Assembly (NCBI GenBank): GCA_044450345.1
Contig: JBIOIY010000008.1
Location: 8,736 to 72,735, forward strand
Direction of reading: 5' to 3'
DNA: 64,000 nucleotides
Origin: Thermodesulfovibrionales bacterium
GTDB taxonomy: Bacteria > Nitrospirota > Thermodesulfovibrionia > Thermodesulfovibrionales > UBA6898
A model generated the notes under the pieces. The model worked only from the letters and a program-made list of their open reading frames with translations. It had not been told where the DNA came from and did not search any database. Below, piece by piece: positions 47,605 to 55,447 of this stretch. The translations under genes were made by a program, and so were the position numbers. Each line of letters starts with the position of its first letter. Position 1 is the stretch's first letter.

Positions 47605-47661
47605 TTAGTCAATAGTCTGTTCTTTTAAAAATGTCTTTTTGTAGAGGACTTGAAATTTCAA
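47605..47661 (-). pseudogene. Stub of RelE/ParE-type toxin
   Basis: TTGA overlap with antitoxin stop; (M)KFQVLYKKTFLKE then unrelated sequence and stop. Confidence 0.6.
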
Positions 47662-47858
47662 GAGCGGGTTCGTTTACCGTAAAACTTTTTTGCCTCAGCT
47701 ATCGAAAGGGATTTTTCATCTTTAACTTCAAAAATATACCGCCCAAGAGCGTAGTCTTCCAATACCTCTTCTATCTTCTTGTAAATTTCAATGGGTATCT
47801 GAACGGCAACCTTCTTGTTTTTTTCATCAACAATATACTTTTTAGCTAAAGTTAACAT
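47658..47858 (-). CDS. Orphan antitoxin, homolog of 48686..48913
   Basis: KYIVDEKNKKVAVQIPIEIYKKIEEVLEDY; GGAGG SD and TATAAT upstream. Confidence 0.75.
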   Translation of the reverse strand: MLTLAKKYIVDEKNKKVAVQIPIEIYKKIEEVLEDYALGRYIFEVKDEKSLSIAEAKKFYGKRTRS

Positions 47859-48024
47859 ACTGCCTCCACAAAAAGCATTATAACCATTATCATCCCGAAG
47901 CTGCAACTGCTGTCATACAGCTTCTTTCCTTTTCTCTTGATAATCGCCCTGATTTAGAGTTATAAAAAGTCATAGGGATGGAAGTTGTGACAAAATATAA
48001 GCCGAGACGGCGAGGAGGCAATGC

Positions 48025-48327
48025 GTGAAAAAGAATTGTTGGGAATTTAAAAGATGTGGAAGGGAACCCGGAGGAGAAAATGCGTCTGCGTTGGGAGTAT
48101 GTCCCGCTTCAACGAATACAAAACTTGAAGGTGTCTACGATGGAAAAAATGCCGGGAGGACATGCTGGGTAATAGCGGGTACGATGTGCAACGGCGAGGT
48201 CCAAGGCATTTTTGCTCAAAAATACAATGACTGTAGAATATGCGATTTTTATCAGAAAGTAAAAGAAGAAGAGGGCAAAGACTTTCTGATAACGGTGGAC
48301 TTAATCAGGATGATTGAATATCCATAA
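48025..48327 (+). CDS. Two-CW domain-containing protein
   Basis: NCWEFKRCGRE, CP, GRTCWVIAGTMC, CRICDFY. Confidence 0.85.
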   Translation: MKKNCWEFKRCGREPGGENASALGVCPASTNTKLEGVYDGKNAGRTCWVIAGTMCNGEVQGIFAQKYNDCRICDFYQKVKEEEGKDFLITVDLIRMIEYP

Positions 48328-48438
48328 TAGCGATAACCCTTTTAATCTCAAACCGGGGCCGGTGAAATTTAGGCAACAGTTTCCGCATTGTTTGCAGGAA
48401 AAACCCGAGGGCGGCATCTACCGGGCAACCTCCCTTTT

Positions 48439-48693
48439 TTATCTGTAAACATCCCTTCGGTGTCTTACGCGATAGATAGTAATAATTTTGCGGCTTTCAT
48501 CCACCGCGTAAACAACTCTATAATCCCCAACAGGCAGCCTGCATCTCTCATCACCTTTAAGCTTTTTGGCTTGGGGGTAGGGATAAGGATTGTCTCTTAA
48601 GGAGAAAATAGCCTTATCGATTTTGAGGAAGTCTTGATCAGGCAGGTCGTCTAGTTCTTTTCTTGCGGATTTCTTGATCGCGAGTTTATACAT
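48439..48693 (-). CDS. RelE/ParE family toxin
   Basis: IKKSARKELDDL, NPYP, VGDYRVVY, VRHRRDVYR. Confidence 0.9.
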   Translation of the reverse strand: MYKLAIKKSARKELDDLPDQDFLKIDKAIFSLRDNPYPYPQAKKLKGDERCRLPVGDYRVVYAVDESRKIITIYRVRHRRDVYR

Positions 48694-48913
48694 TCAGACG
48701 GGATTTTCTTTTGCGACTGTAAGTCTCGTAGTCTTCTGCGGATTCGCCTACCCTGTCTTCAATGGTCTTCAGGTCGATCAGGTCTTCTATCAGGTCATTG
48801 ACCCTGGCAAGCTCTCTTATATCAAGCACTGCCGCGACTTTCTGCCCCTTAGCATCGATGATGTATTGTTTTACCTTAATTTGATCGTCTTTTTGCCTTG
48901 AAGCTACAGACAT
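48686..48913 (-). CDS. Antitoxin of the RelE pair
   Basis: QYIIDAKGQKVAAVLDI; overlaps toxin start; AAGGAGG SD and TATAAT. Confidence 0.8.
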   Translation of the reverse strand: MSVASRQKDDQIKVKQYIIDAKGQKVAAVLDIRELARVNDLIEDLIDLKTIEDRVGESAEDYETYSRKRKSRLNV

Positions 48914-49313
48914 GACGGCCTCCTTTCTTAACGCGATCTTATTATATCACAGCCGCAATGAAGGCCGGTCGGAAGGCTGTATGAGACGCTGGCAAATCCT
49001 TTGCTCTGAATGGGAGTAAGAGAGGGTGGGTTAGTAGACGATGTACAGCTCCAACCACTTGTTCCAGAAAAATCGAATCTCCTGAACGAGCAGCAAGGGG
49101 CAGAGGCGGAGCCAAATAATAACCGGCACATCCAGGGTCGATCAGAGCAGCCGCTGGAGCGCGGACCCTCAAAATCAAGTGGACGAAAATGTTGTGCGAA
49201 TATCTTGACACTCACTGATAGAATTGATTTCCTTTTTTGAATTTAAAATCTCAACTTAATGTCTTAATGGTTTGCGAGAGGGACAGGCTAATTTTCTCAT
49301 CTTTGCCCTCCTT

Positions 49314-49490
49314 TCAGCCTTCCACTGCTCGCAATGACAACTTTCTCAACCACTCAAACACAGCCCATGTAGCCTGAAGATCTTCTTCGTTATATTTGAG
49401 AATTTCATTCATGATGTCCCGCCTCTTCTGTTCATCATCGGTCTCCACCGCCTCGATATACTTCGCAATCGACCAGTCGCCGCCGTATTC
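49314..49490 (-). pseudogene. 3' remnant of a second TM0106 nuclease gene
   Basis: EYGGDWSIAKYIEAVETDDEQKRRDIMNEILKYNEEDLQATWAVFEWL; aligns ungapped to 8568-8713. Confidence 0.92.
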
Positions 49491-49503
49491 AGTTCATCCC
49501 TGA

Positions 49504-49896
49504 TTATTCTTCTCCATCCCGTCTAAAACCTATCTTCCTCTTCTTCGGTTCATCCGGCTTCATCAGTTGTCTTATCGCATCGAACACGATTTTAAACTGT
49601 GAATCATATTTCTTTTCCATGTCGGCGAGTTTACGGGCGAGGTCTTTATGTCCGGCAAGCATTTCACGAAGCTTCACGAACGTTCGCATAACTTGGACAT
49701 TCACCTCAATTGCCCTTTCGCTGTTCAGCACACTCGATAGCATTGCGACACCTTGTTCTGTGAAAACATAGGGCAAATACCTTCGGCCACCTCTTCCACC
49801 CTTTGAGGTCACAATTTGTGACTTCAAACCTATAACTTCTTGATTTGTTAACCGAAATATGAAGTCGGGAGGAAAACGTTTAGGGTTTCGCTTGAC
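49504..49896 (-). pseudogene. ORF6N-domain DNA-binding protein lacking its N-terminus
   Basis: [17 protein letters not shown]...SQIVTS...[22 protein letters not shown]...VFDAIRQLM...KIGF. Confidence 0.88.
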
Positions 49897-50055
49897 GGGC
49901 TGTAAAGGCTATAAAAATATGAAGGTGTGATTTGTGACGTCATCGATCTATCCCCATTTTCCCAGCTAAACCACTTCCGTCTCTCTCTGACAATCCCGCT
50001 CCCTCGGCAAAGATTTTCATTATGATATGCCAACAACGCGATAAAGCGCAATAGC
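49897..50055 (-). pseudogene. Promoter, leader and first about 16 codons of the second TM0106 gene
   Basis: Ungapped 159-nt alignment to 9972-10130; [16 protein letters not shown]. Confidence 0.92.
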
Positions 50056-50091
50056 TGGCAGTTTCCCTCCTACAGAATACCGCAGCAAAGA

Positions 50092-50115
50092 AGGACGTAT
50101 GCCATACGCCCCTAC
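50092..50115 (-). repeat. GTAG-family REP palindrome
   Basis: GTAGGGGCGTATGGCATACGTCCT on minus strand. Confidence 0.7.
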
Positions 50116-50289
50116 TGTTTCACGTCTCATATGTCGTATGTCCCTGCGGATTGTCCCCTTTCTGTATCCGGAAAAAAGATATGGGGCATGAGCAGCTTTA
50201 TTAAAGGGGGGTTAGGGATAGAAGGATTGTTAAAGCTTGCAGCTGGCGTGATTTTCAGGAAGAAGGCCGGCGAGGCGCCTCCGCACTTT

Positions 50290-50955
50290 TTAAACCGAAG
50301 GCCCCGCGTTCTCGATAGCTTCGAGCCGTTCCTTATTCCCCTGGCAGACGACGCAGAGCGTTGCAGTGGGGAGGACTTTCAAGCGCTTTTCACCTATCTC
50401 TTCGCCGCACTCCTCGCATATTCCGTAGGAACCCTCTTCTATCTTTCTTATGGATTCGTCGATGTCGTGCAGGGCCTTCCGGTGCGCAGCGAGCCTCCTG
50501 AGGTTAATGTCCTCGGAGATATCGACAACAGCCCAGTCTCCGTCGTCCAGAGCGGTATCTACAAGCTGCCGGTTCTCGCCGCTTATATATTTGGCGATCT
50601 CGTCTTTTGCCTCTTTCACGATCGCTTCCCTTCTTATTATCAGAGACCGCCTTATTTCCCTCAGGGCGTCGGCGACTGCCGGAGTTTTCGATACTGCTTT
50701 GGGTTTTGCTGTCGCCGCTACCTTCGCTTTCACAGGTGTCTTTTTAAGCGCCGCTACTTTCTTTGCAGCCGGCTTCCTGCTGACCGCCGTCTTTTTCGTT
50801 ACCGGTTTTGACGCCGGTTTCGTCAATTTCGGACGGCGGGGCGTCTTCCCTTTTGCGGCTGCAACCGCGCCTGTTTTTTTCTTCGGCGCCTTGACGGCAT
50901 CGGGCCTTGTCGACCCCTTCTTGGGAGGAGCTGGTTTCTTTTTCTTGTCGGCCAT
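50290..50955 (-). CDS. dksA: DksA/TraR C4 zinc-finger protein with Lys/Ala-rich N-terminal extension
   Basis: DDGDWA, YGICEECGEEIGEKRLKVLPTATLCVVCQ. Confidence 0.88.
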   Translation of the reverse strand: MADKKKKPAPPKKGSTRPDAVKAPKKKTGAVAAAKGKTPRRPKLTKPASKPVTKKTAVSRKPAAKKVAALKKTPVKAKVAATAKPKAVSKTPAVADALREIRRSLIIRREAIVKEAKDEIAKYISGENRQLVDTALDDGDWAVVDISEDINLRRLAAHRKALHDIDESIRKIEEGSYGICEECGEEIGEKRLKVLPTATLCVVCQGNKERLEAIENAGPSV

Positions 50956-51092
50956 TATTTCGCTTCTTCTTTTTTGATTTCCTCTTTGAAGACTTCTATG
51001 ATGCTCCTGACCTTGATGCCGGCCTGCTGAAGGGCTTTCTGGATATCAGGAAGCTTTGCGTCTTCCACTTTGAGCATAAAGTTACTATTCAT
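50955..51092 (-). CDS. 45-aa small protein between frr and dksA, absent from ORF track
   Basis: GGAGG SD; MNSNFMLKVEDAKLPDIQKALQQAGIKVRSIIEVFKEEIKKEEAK; TAATG coupling. Confidence 0.7.
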   Translation of the reverse strand: MNSNFMLKVEDAKLPDIQKALQQAGIKVRSIIEVFKEEIKKEEAK

Positions 51093-51093
51093 G

Positions 51094-51654
51094 CTAAACC
51101 TCCATTATCTCTTTTTCCTTGTGTTCCAGGATCTCGTCTACTTTCTTGATATTAGAGTCGGTAATCTTCTGTATTTCTTCCTGTTCTTTTTTCACATCAT
51201 CTTCGGAAAGGTGTTTTTCTTTTTCAAACTTCTTGAGCTCCTCGTTCGATTCTCTCCGTATGTTCCGGACGGCCACCTTGGCCTCTTCGGCCCTCTTCTT
51301 CACCACCTTCACCAGCTGCTTCCTTCTTTCCTCGGTAAGGATAGGGATCGTAATCCTGATGATCTTGCCGTCGTTCATCGGGGTAAGTCCAAGGTCGGAC
51401 TTAAGAATCGCCTTCTCTATATCCGGTATTATCTTGCTTTCCCACGGCTGGATCGCTATCTGTCTGCTCTCGGGGATGCTCAGACTCGCAAGTTGCTGCA
51501 GGGGCGTCGGGGTGCCGTAATAATCGATCGTCATTCCGTCGAGAAGAGCAAGGCTCGCCCTCCCGGTCCGTATGGAACCTAAGTCCTTTTTCAGCGCCTC
51601 AAGCGCGCTATGCATACGCTCAATAGTCTTTTTTCTTAACTCCTGCTCCATCAT
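51094..51654 (-). CDS. frr: Ribosome recycling factor
   Basis: [27 protein letters not shown]. Confidence 0.97.
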   Translation of the reverse strand: MMEQELRKKTIERMHSALEALKKDLGSIRTGRASLALLDGMTIDYYGTPTPLQQLASLSIPESRQIAIQPWESKIIPDIEKAILKSDLGLTPMNDGKIIRITIPILTEERRKQLVKVVKKRAEEAKVAVRNIRRESNEELKKFEKEKHLSEDDVKKEQEEIQKITDSNIKKVDEILEHKEKEIMEV

Positions 51655-52366
51655 TCCCCCTGACGATAGTCCCGATTTTCTTTCCCTCAACGACCTTCCG
51701 TATATTTCTTTTTCCTCTTAGATTAAATACCACAATAGGGAGGTCGTTGTCCATACATAAAGTGACGGCGGTCGAATCCATCACACCGAGGCCCTTCTTG
51801 AGCACTTCCATGTAGGTAAGCTCGGAGTACTTTTTGGCCTTGGGGTCCTTCACGGGATCCGAAGAATATACACCGTCCACCTTTGTCCCTTTGAGTATGA
51901 CTTGCGCTCCAATCTCCATCGCCCTCAAGGCTGCGGCGGTATCAGTAGTAAAATAGGGGTTTCCGGTGCCTGCGGCGAAGATGACTATCCTCCCTTTTTC
52001 AAGATGCCGCATCGCCTTCCGCCTGATATAGGGCTCGGCGAGTTCCTGCATCTCTATGGCAGACTGCACCCTTGTGGGAAGGTCATATTTTTCAAGGGCG
52101 TTTTGCAGGGCAAGGGCGTTGATCACCGTCGCGAGCATTCCCATGTAGTCCGCCGACGCCCGCTCCATCCCTTCAAGACTTCCTTGTACACCCCTGAAAA
52201 TATTGCCCCCGCCGATGACTATGGATATCTGCACACCCATCGAGGCCACATCCTTGATCTCCTTCGCCATAAAGTCAACGGTAGCGGCGTCGATGCCGTA
52301 TCCCCTATTGCCCATAAGGGCCTCCCCGCTAAGCTTCAGGAGTATCCGCTGATATTTAAGGGGCAT
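51620..52366 (-). CDS. pyrH: Uridylate kinase
   Basis: [25 protein letters not shown]. Confidence 0.98.
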   Translation of the reverse strand: MPLKYQRILLKLSGEALMGNRGYGIDAATVDFMAKEIKDVASMGVQISIVIGGGNIFRGVQGSLEGMERASADYMGMLATVINALALQNALEKYDLPTRVQSAIEMQELAEPYIRRKAMRHLEKGRIVIFAAGTGNPYFTTDTAAALRAMEIGAQVILKGTKVDGVYSSDPVKDPKAKKYSELTYMEVLKKGLGVMDSTAVTLCMDNDLPIVVFNLRGKRNIRKVVEGKKIGTIVRGNDGAGVKKKDY

Positions 52367-52372
52367 ATCCCC

Positions 52373-52993
52373 TCAGCAGCTCTTCGGCTCGGAAGGCTGG
52401 GTTTCGCCGAGTTGATATCTCATAAATCGTCTCACCACGATATTCTCTCCCACCTTGGAGACCTTCTCGGTAATAAGGTCCTTTATCTTCTTCTTCTGGT
52501 CAGGGTCTTTCACGAAGATCTGGTCCAGCAGACAGGTATCCGAAAAAAACTTTTCAAGTTTCCCTTCGACTATCTTGTCGACCACCTGCGGGGGCTTGTT
52601 CGTCACCTGGGCCTTATATATCTCCTTCTCCCTTTCGATAACGTCCTGCGGGACGTCCTCCCTCGAAAGATAGCCGGGGGTTGCCGCTGCGATATGCATG
52701 GCGATATCTTTCACCATTTCCCTGAAATCATCTGTCCTCGCCACAAAATCGGTTTCACAGTTCACCTCGATCATCACCCCGATCCTGTCCATATGGATAT
52801 AAGACCCTATCATGCCCTCAGATGCCGTGCGCCCGGCCTTCTTTGCGGCCGTTGCCAGGCCCCTCTGTCTGAGCAGGTCTATCGCCTTTTCAAAATCTCC
52901 GCTGCTTTCCACCAGCGCTTTTTTGCATTCCATCATGCCTGCGCCTGTCTTCTCCCTGAGGTCCTTGACCGCGTCAGCCGATATCGTTGTCAT
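52373..52993 (-). CDS. tsf: Elongation factor Ts (short form)
   Basis: [26 protein letters not shown]. Confidence 0.98.
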   Translation of the reverse strand: MTTISADAVKDLREKTGAGMMECKKALVESSGDFEKAIDLLRQRGLATAAKKAGRTASEGMIGSYIHMDRIGVMIEVNCETDFVARTDDFREMVKDIAMHIAAATPGYLSREDVPQDVIEREKEIYKAQVTNKPPQVVDKIVEGKLEKFFSDTCLLDQIFVKDPDQKKKIKDLITEKVSKVGENIVVRRFMRYQLGETQPSEPKSC

Positions 52994-53754
52994 TCAGTCA
53001 CCTCCTGGGCCTCTTCAGCCTGGACCTTCTCAGCGACCTGGGCCTTTTCAGCCTCCTGCTGCGCCTCTTTAGAGAGCACCGCCCGACCCTCGAGGACCGC
53101 GTTGGCGATCTTCGACGTGAGGAGCTTTATCGCCCTAATGGCGTCGTCGTTCCCGGGTATTACGTAATCTATCTCGTCGGGGTCGCAATTCGTATCCACC
53201 ACCGCGACTATCGGTATTGACAATTTTCTTGCCTCTGCTATTCCGATCCTCTCCTTCTTCGGGTCGATCACGAATATCACACCGGGCAGCCCTTTCATCG
53301 GCTTGATCCCCGAGAGGTTCTTGTCCAGCTTAGCCCTTTCTTTTTCGAGGGCCGAGGCTTCCCTCTTCGGCAGGAGCTGCAGCGTCCCGTCTTCCTTCAT
53401 CGCCTCTATCTTTTTCAGCCTTTCGATACTCTTCTTTACCGTCGTAAAATTTGTCATCATGCCGCCGAGCCATCTCTGGTTGACGTAATGCGCCGAAGCC
53501 CTGTTCGCTTCCTCCATGACCGCGTCCTGGGCCTGTTTCTTCGTGCCGACAAAAAGCACCTCCGCGCCCGAAGCCGCAACTTCCCTCACGAAATTGTACG
53601 CCTCTTCCAGACCCTTCAGGGTCTTCTGCAGATCGATGATATAGATACCGTTTCTCTCGCCGAAGATATACTTCTTCATCTTCGGGTTCCAGCGCTTTAC
53701 CTGATGGCCGAAATGCACCCCGGCCTCAAGCAACTCTTTCATTGAGACTACCAT
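52990..53754 (-). CDS. rpsB: 30S ribosomal protein S2
   Basis: [24 protein letters not shown]; start MVVSMK after GGAGG. Confidence 0.98.
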   Translation of the reverse strand: MVVSMKELLEAGVHFGHQVKRWNPKMKKYIFGERNGIYIIDLQKTLKGLEEAYNFVREVAASGAEVLFVGTKKQAQDAVMEEANRASAHYVNQRWLGGMMTNFTTVKKSIERLKKIEAMKEDGTLQLLPKREASALEKERAKLDKNLSGIKPMKGLPGVIFVIDPKKERIGIAEARKLSIPIVAVVDTNCDPDEIDYVIPGNDDAIRAIKLLTSKIANAVLEGRAVLSKEAQQEAEKAQVAEKVQAEEAQEVTE

Positions 53755-53764
53755 TGTGTACCTC

Positions 53765-53840
53765 CTGTGGTTTTTCCTCCGCCTGTACCGCCAACCCGTT
53801 TCGGGACCATATGGCAGGACTGTAGCCGGCGTGTGAATTT
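53765..53840 (-). promoter_or_regulatory. rpsB 5' leader (S2 autoregulatory structure)
   Basis: CACACGCC...CCCGAAACGGG...GGCGGAGG directly upstream of rpsB. Confidence 0.65.
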
Positions 53841-53948
53841 TCAACCCGCAAAATACAGGCTGTTAAGATAAGAAGATTACCATACCCTTTGTTTTTTTTC
53901 AAGAACCCAACCGCTTCGCGATGATGCCGAAAGCGTCCCGCAGGTCAA

Positions 53949-54584
53949 TCAGGAGACCCGCGCCAACTTCTCGAATCTTCCAGTAACTATCTTTTTCACC
54001 GCTTCGACCCCTTTGGTCCGAAGCGCATCAAGGATTTTTTCCGAAGCCAGCCCCTTCAGGAAGCGTTCTCTCCTGTCCTTTTGAGGGATTGCGGCCATTG
54101 CCTTCACCCTGATCCCTTTCACGAATTTCAGATAGCCGGAAAACTCGGGACCGTAACAGACTTGAAGCTCCTTCCTCAGGGCCCTCGAAAATGCCGGACT
54201 CGCGCCGCCCGTCGATACCGCAATGAGAAGCTGTCCCCTTCTGACAACGGAGGGCGCGATAAAATTGCATTCCTCGGGCACATCGACCACGTTGACCAGG
54301 GCAGGCGCGTCTTTTGAGACCCTCCTGTTCGTATCAGGGGAATCAGTCGCTGCAATTACCAGGAAGGCTCCCTCGACGTCGTTTTTCCTGTATACGCGGG
54401 ATATATATCGAATCCTTCCTTCGGAAAGGGTCTTTCGGAGCCGCCTCGTGAGGGATGGGCTTACCACTGTAACATCCGCACCTGCGGCAACAAGGGAGAC
54501 GACTTTTCTTTCGGCGACCTTTCCGCCTCCCACGACTATCGCTTTTTTGCCGTTTAGATTAAGAAATACGGGATAGTAATCCAC
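53949..54584 (-). CDS. sirC: Precorrin-2 dehydrogenase/sirohydrochlorin ferrochelatase (CysG N-terminal/SirC)
   Basis: YYPVFLNL, VGGGKVAERK, NVVDVPEECNFIAPS, STGGASP. Confidence 0.9.
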   Translation of the reverse strand: MDYYPVFLNLNGKKAIVVGGGKVAERKVVSLVAAGADVTVVSPSLTRRLRKTLSEGRIRYISRVYRKNDVEGAFLVIAATDSPDTNRRVSKDAPALVNVVDVPEECNFIAPSVVRRGQLLIAVSTGGASPAFSRALRKELQVCYGPEFSGYLKFVKGIRVKAMAAIPQKDRRERFLKGLASEKILDALRTKGVEAVKKIVTGRFEKLARVS

Positions 54585-54598
54585 CGGCGAGGGCCGCT

Positions 54599-55366
54599 TT
54601 ACTTCTTGTCCCCGGCCTGCAGCGAAGAAAGCTCTTTTTTGGCGTCGGACGTGACAGGGCTGTTCGGGTACTTCTCGATAATATCCTTCAGCTTTTCTGC
54701 GGATTTTTCCTTCTGCCCGATTTTCTTATAAGAGTGTGCAAGGTCCATCAAGACCTTTTCCTGCTTCTTGTAATCAGGAAAATTTTTCAATAACCCCTCA
54801 AACCGATCTATAGCAGGGGTATAGGCGCCTTTTTTCATATAAAATTCTCCCACGAGAAGTTCGTAGTCGGCCATGACGTTGCGGCACTTCTCGATCCTGA
54901 TCTCGATCAGTTCCTTGTAAGGGTTCCTGGGAAAATCACGCCTCAGCTTTTCGAATTCGGCGAGCGCACTTGCTGCGCCGCTGTAGCCCCTCTCGGGGCT
55001 TTCAATCTGGTTGAAATATACCATGGCGATCTGGTACTGCGCATACGGTGCATGCCTGTGGTCAGGGTACATCTCGAGGAACTTCCTGTATTCTGCCACG
55101 GCCAGTTCTGTCTCTTCCTCCTTCACATAGGAATCCGCAATCCTGAGCTGGGCAAGAGGAGCATATTTCTTTGTGAGGTCCCTGTTCCTCACCTCGAGCA
55201 GGACGGAACGGGCATCTGTGTATTGCTTATCGTCGATGAGCTTGTTCGCCCTTGTAAAAAATTTCTCGGCGTCGAACGGCTCATTGGTCTTCACGGCAGA
55301 CTTTCCGGAACAGGAAAAAAGGGAAAGTATCAGCAAGAGCAACGATATGCTTCTGAATATTTTCAT
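54599..55366 (-). CDS. bamD: Outer membrane assembly lipoprotein BamD
   Basis: LFSC lipobox; TPRs; MADYELLVGEFY. Confidence 0.88.
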   Translation of the reverse strand: MKIFRSISLLLLILSLFSCSGKSAVKTNEPFDAEKFFTRANKLIDDKQYTDARSVLLEVRNRDLTKKYAPLAQLRIADSYVKEEETELAVAEYRKFLEMYPDHRHAPYAQYQIAMVYFNQIESPERGYSGAASALAEFEKLRRDFPRNPYKELIEIRIEKCRNVMADYELLVGEFYMKKGAYTPAIDRFEGLLKNFPDYKKQEKVLMDLAHSYKKIGQKEKSAEKLKDIIEKYPNSPVTSDAKKELSSLQAGDKK

Positions 55367-55447
55367 TCCTCTTATTTAAACGGTTGCCGCGGCTGTAAGT
55401 CAAGCGGGCGGCTTGCCAAAGCGTCTCAGCGGGTGGTATCTTAAACG

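Noticed and set aside
48928..49240. Three overlapping short ORFs
   Set aside because: No motif, SD or family resemblance in any frame; part overlaps the antitoxin promoter.
47600..50100. Integron cassette array
   Set aside because: No tyrosine integrase and no recurring attC-like sites recognised; genes have their own promoters and mixed orientation.
51902..53167. 421-aa plus-strand ORF
   Set aside because: Antisense shadow of rpsB-tsf-pyrH with no recognisable motifs.
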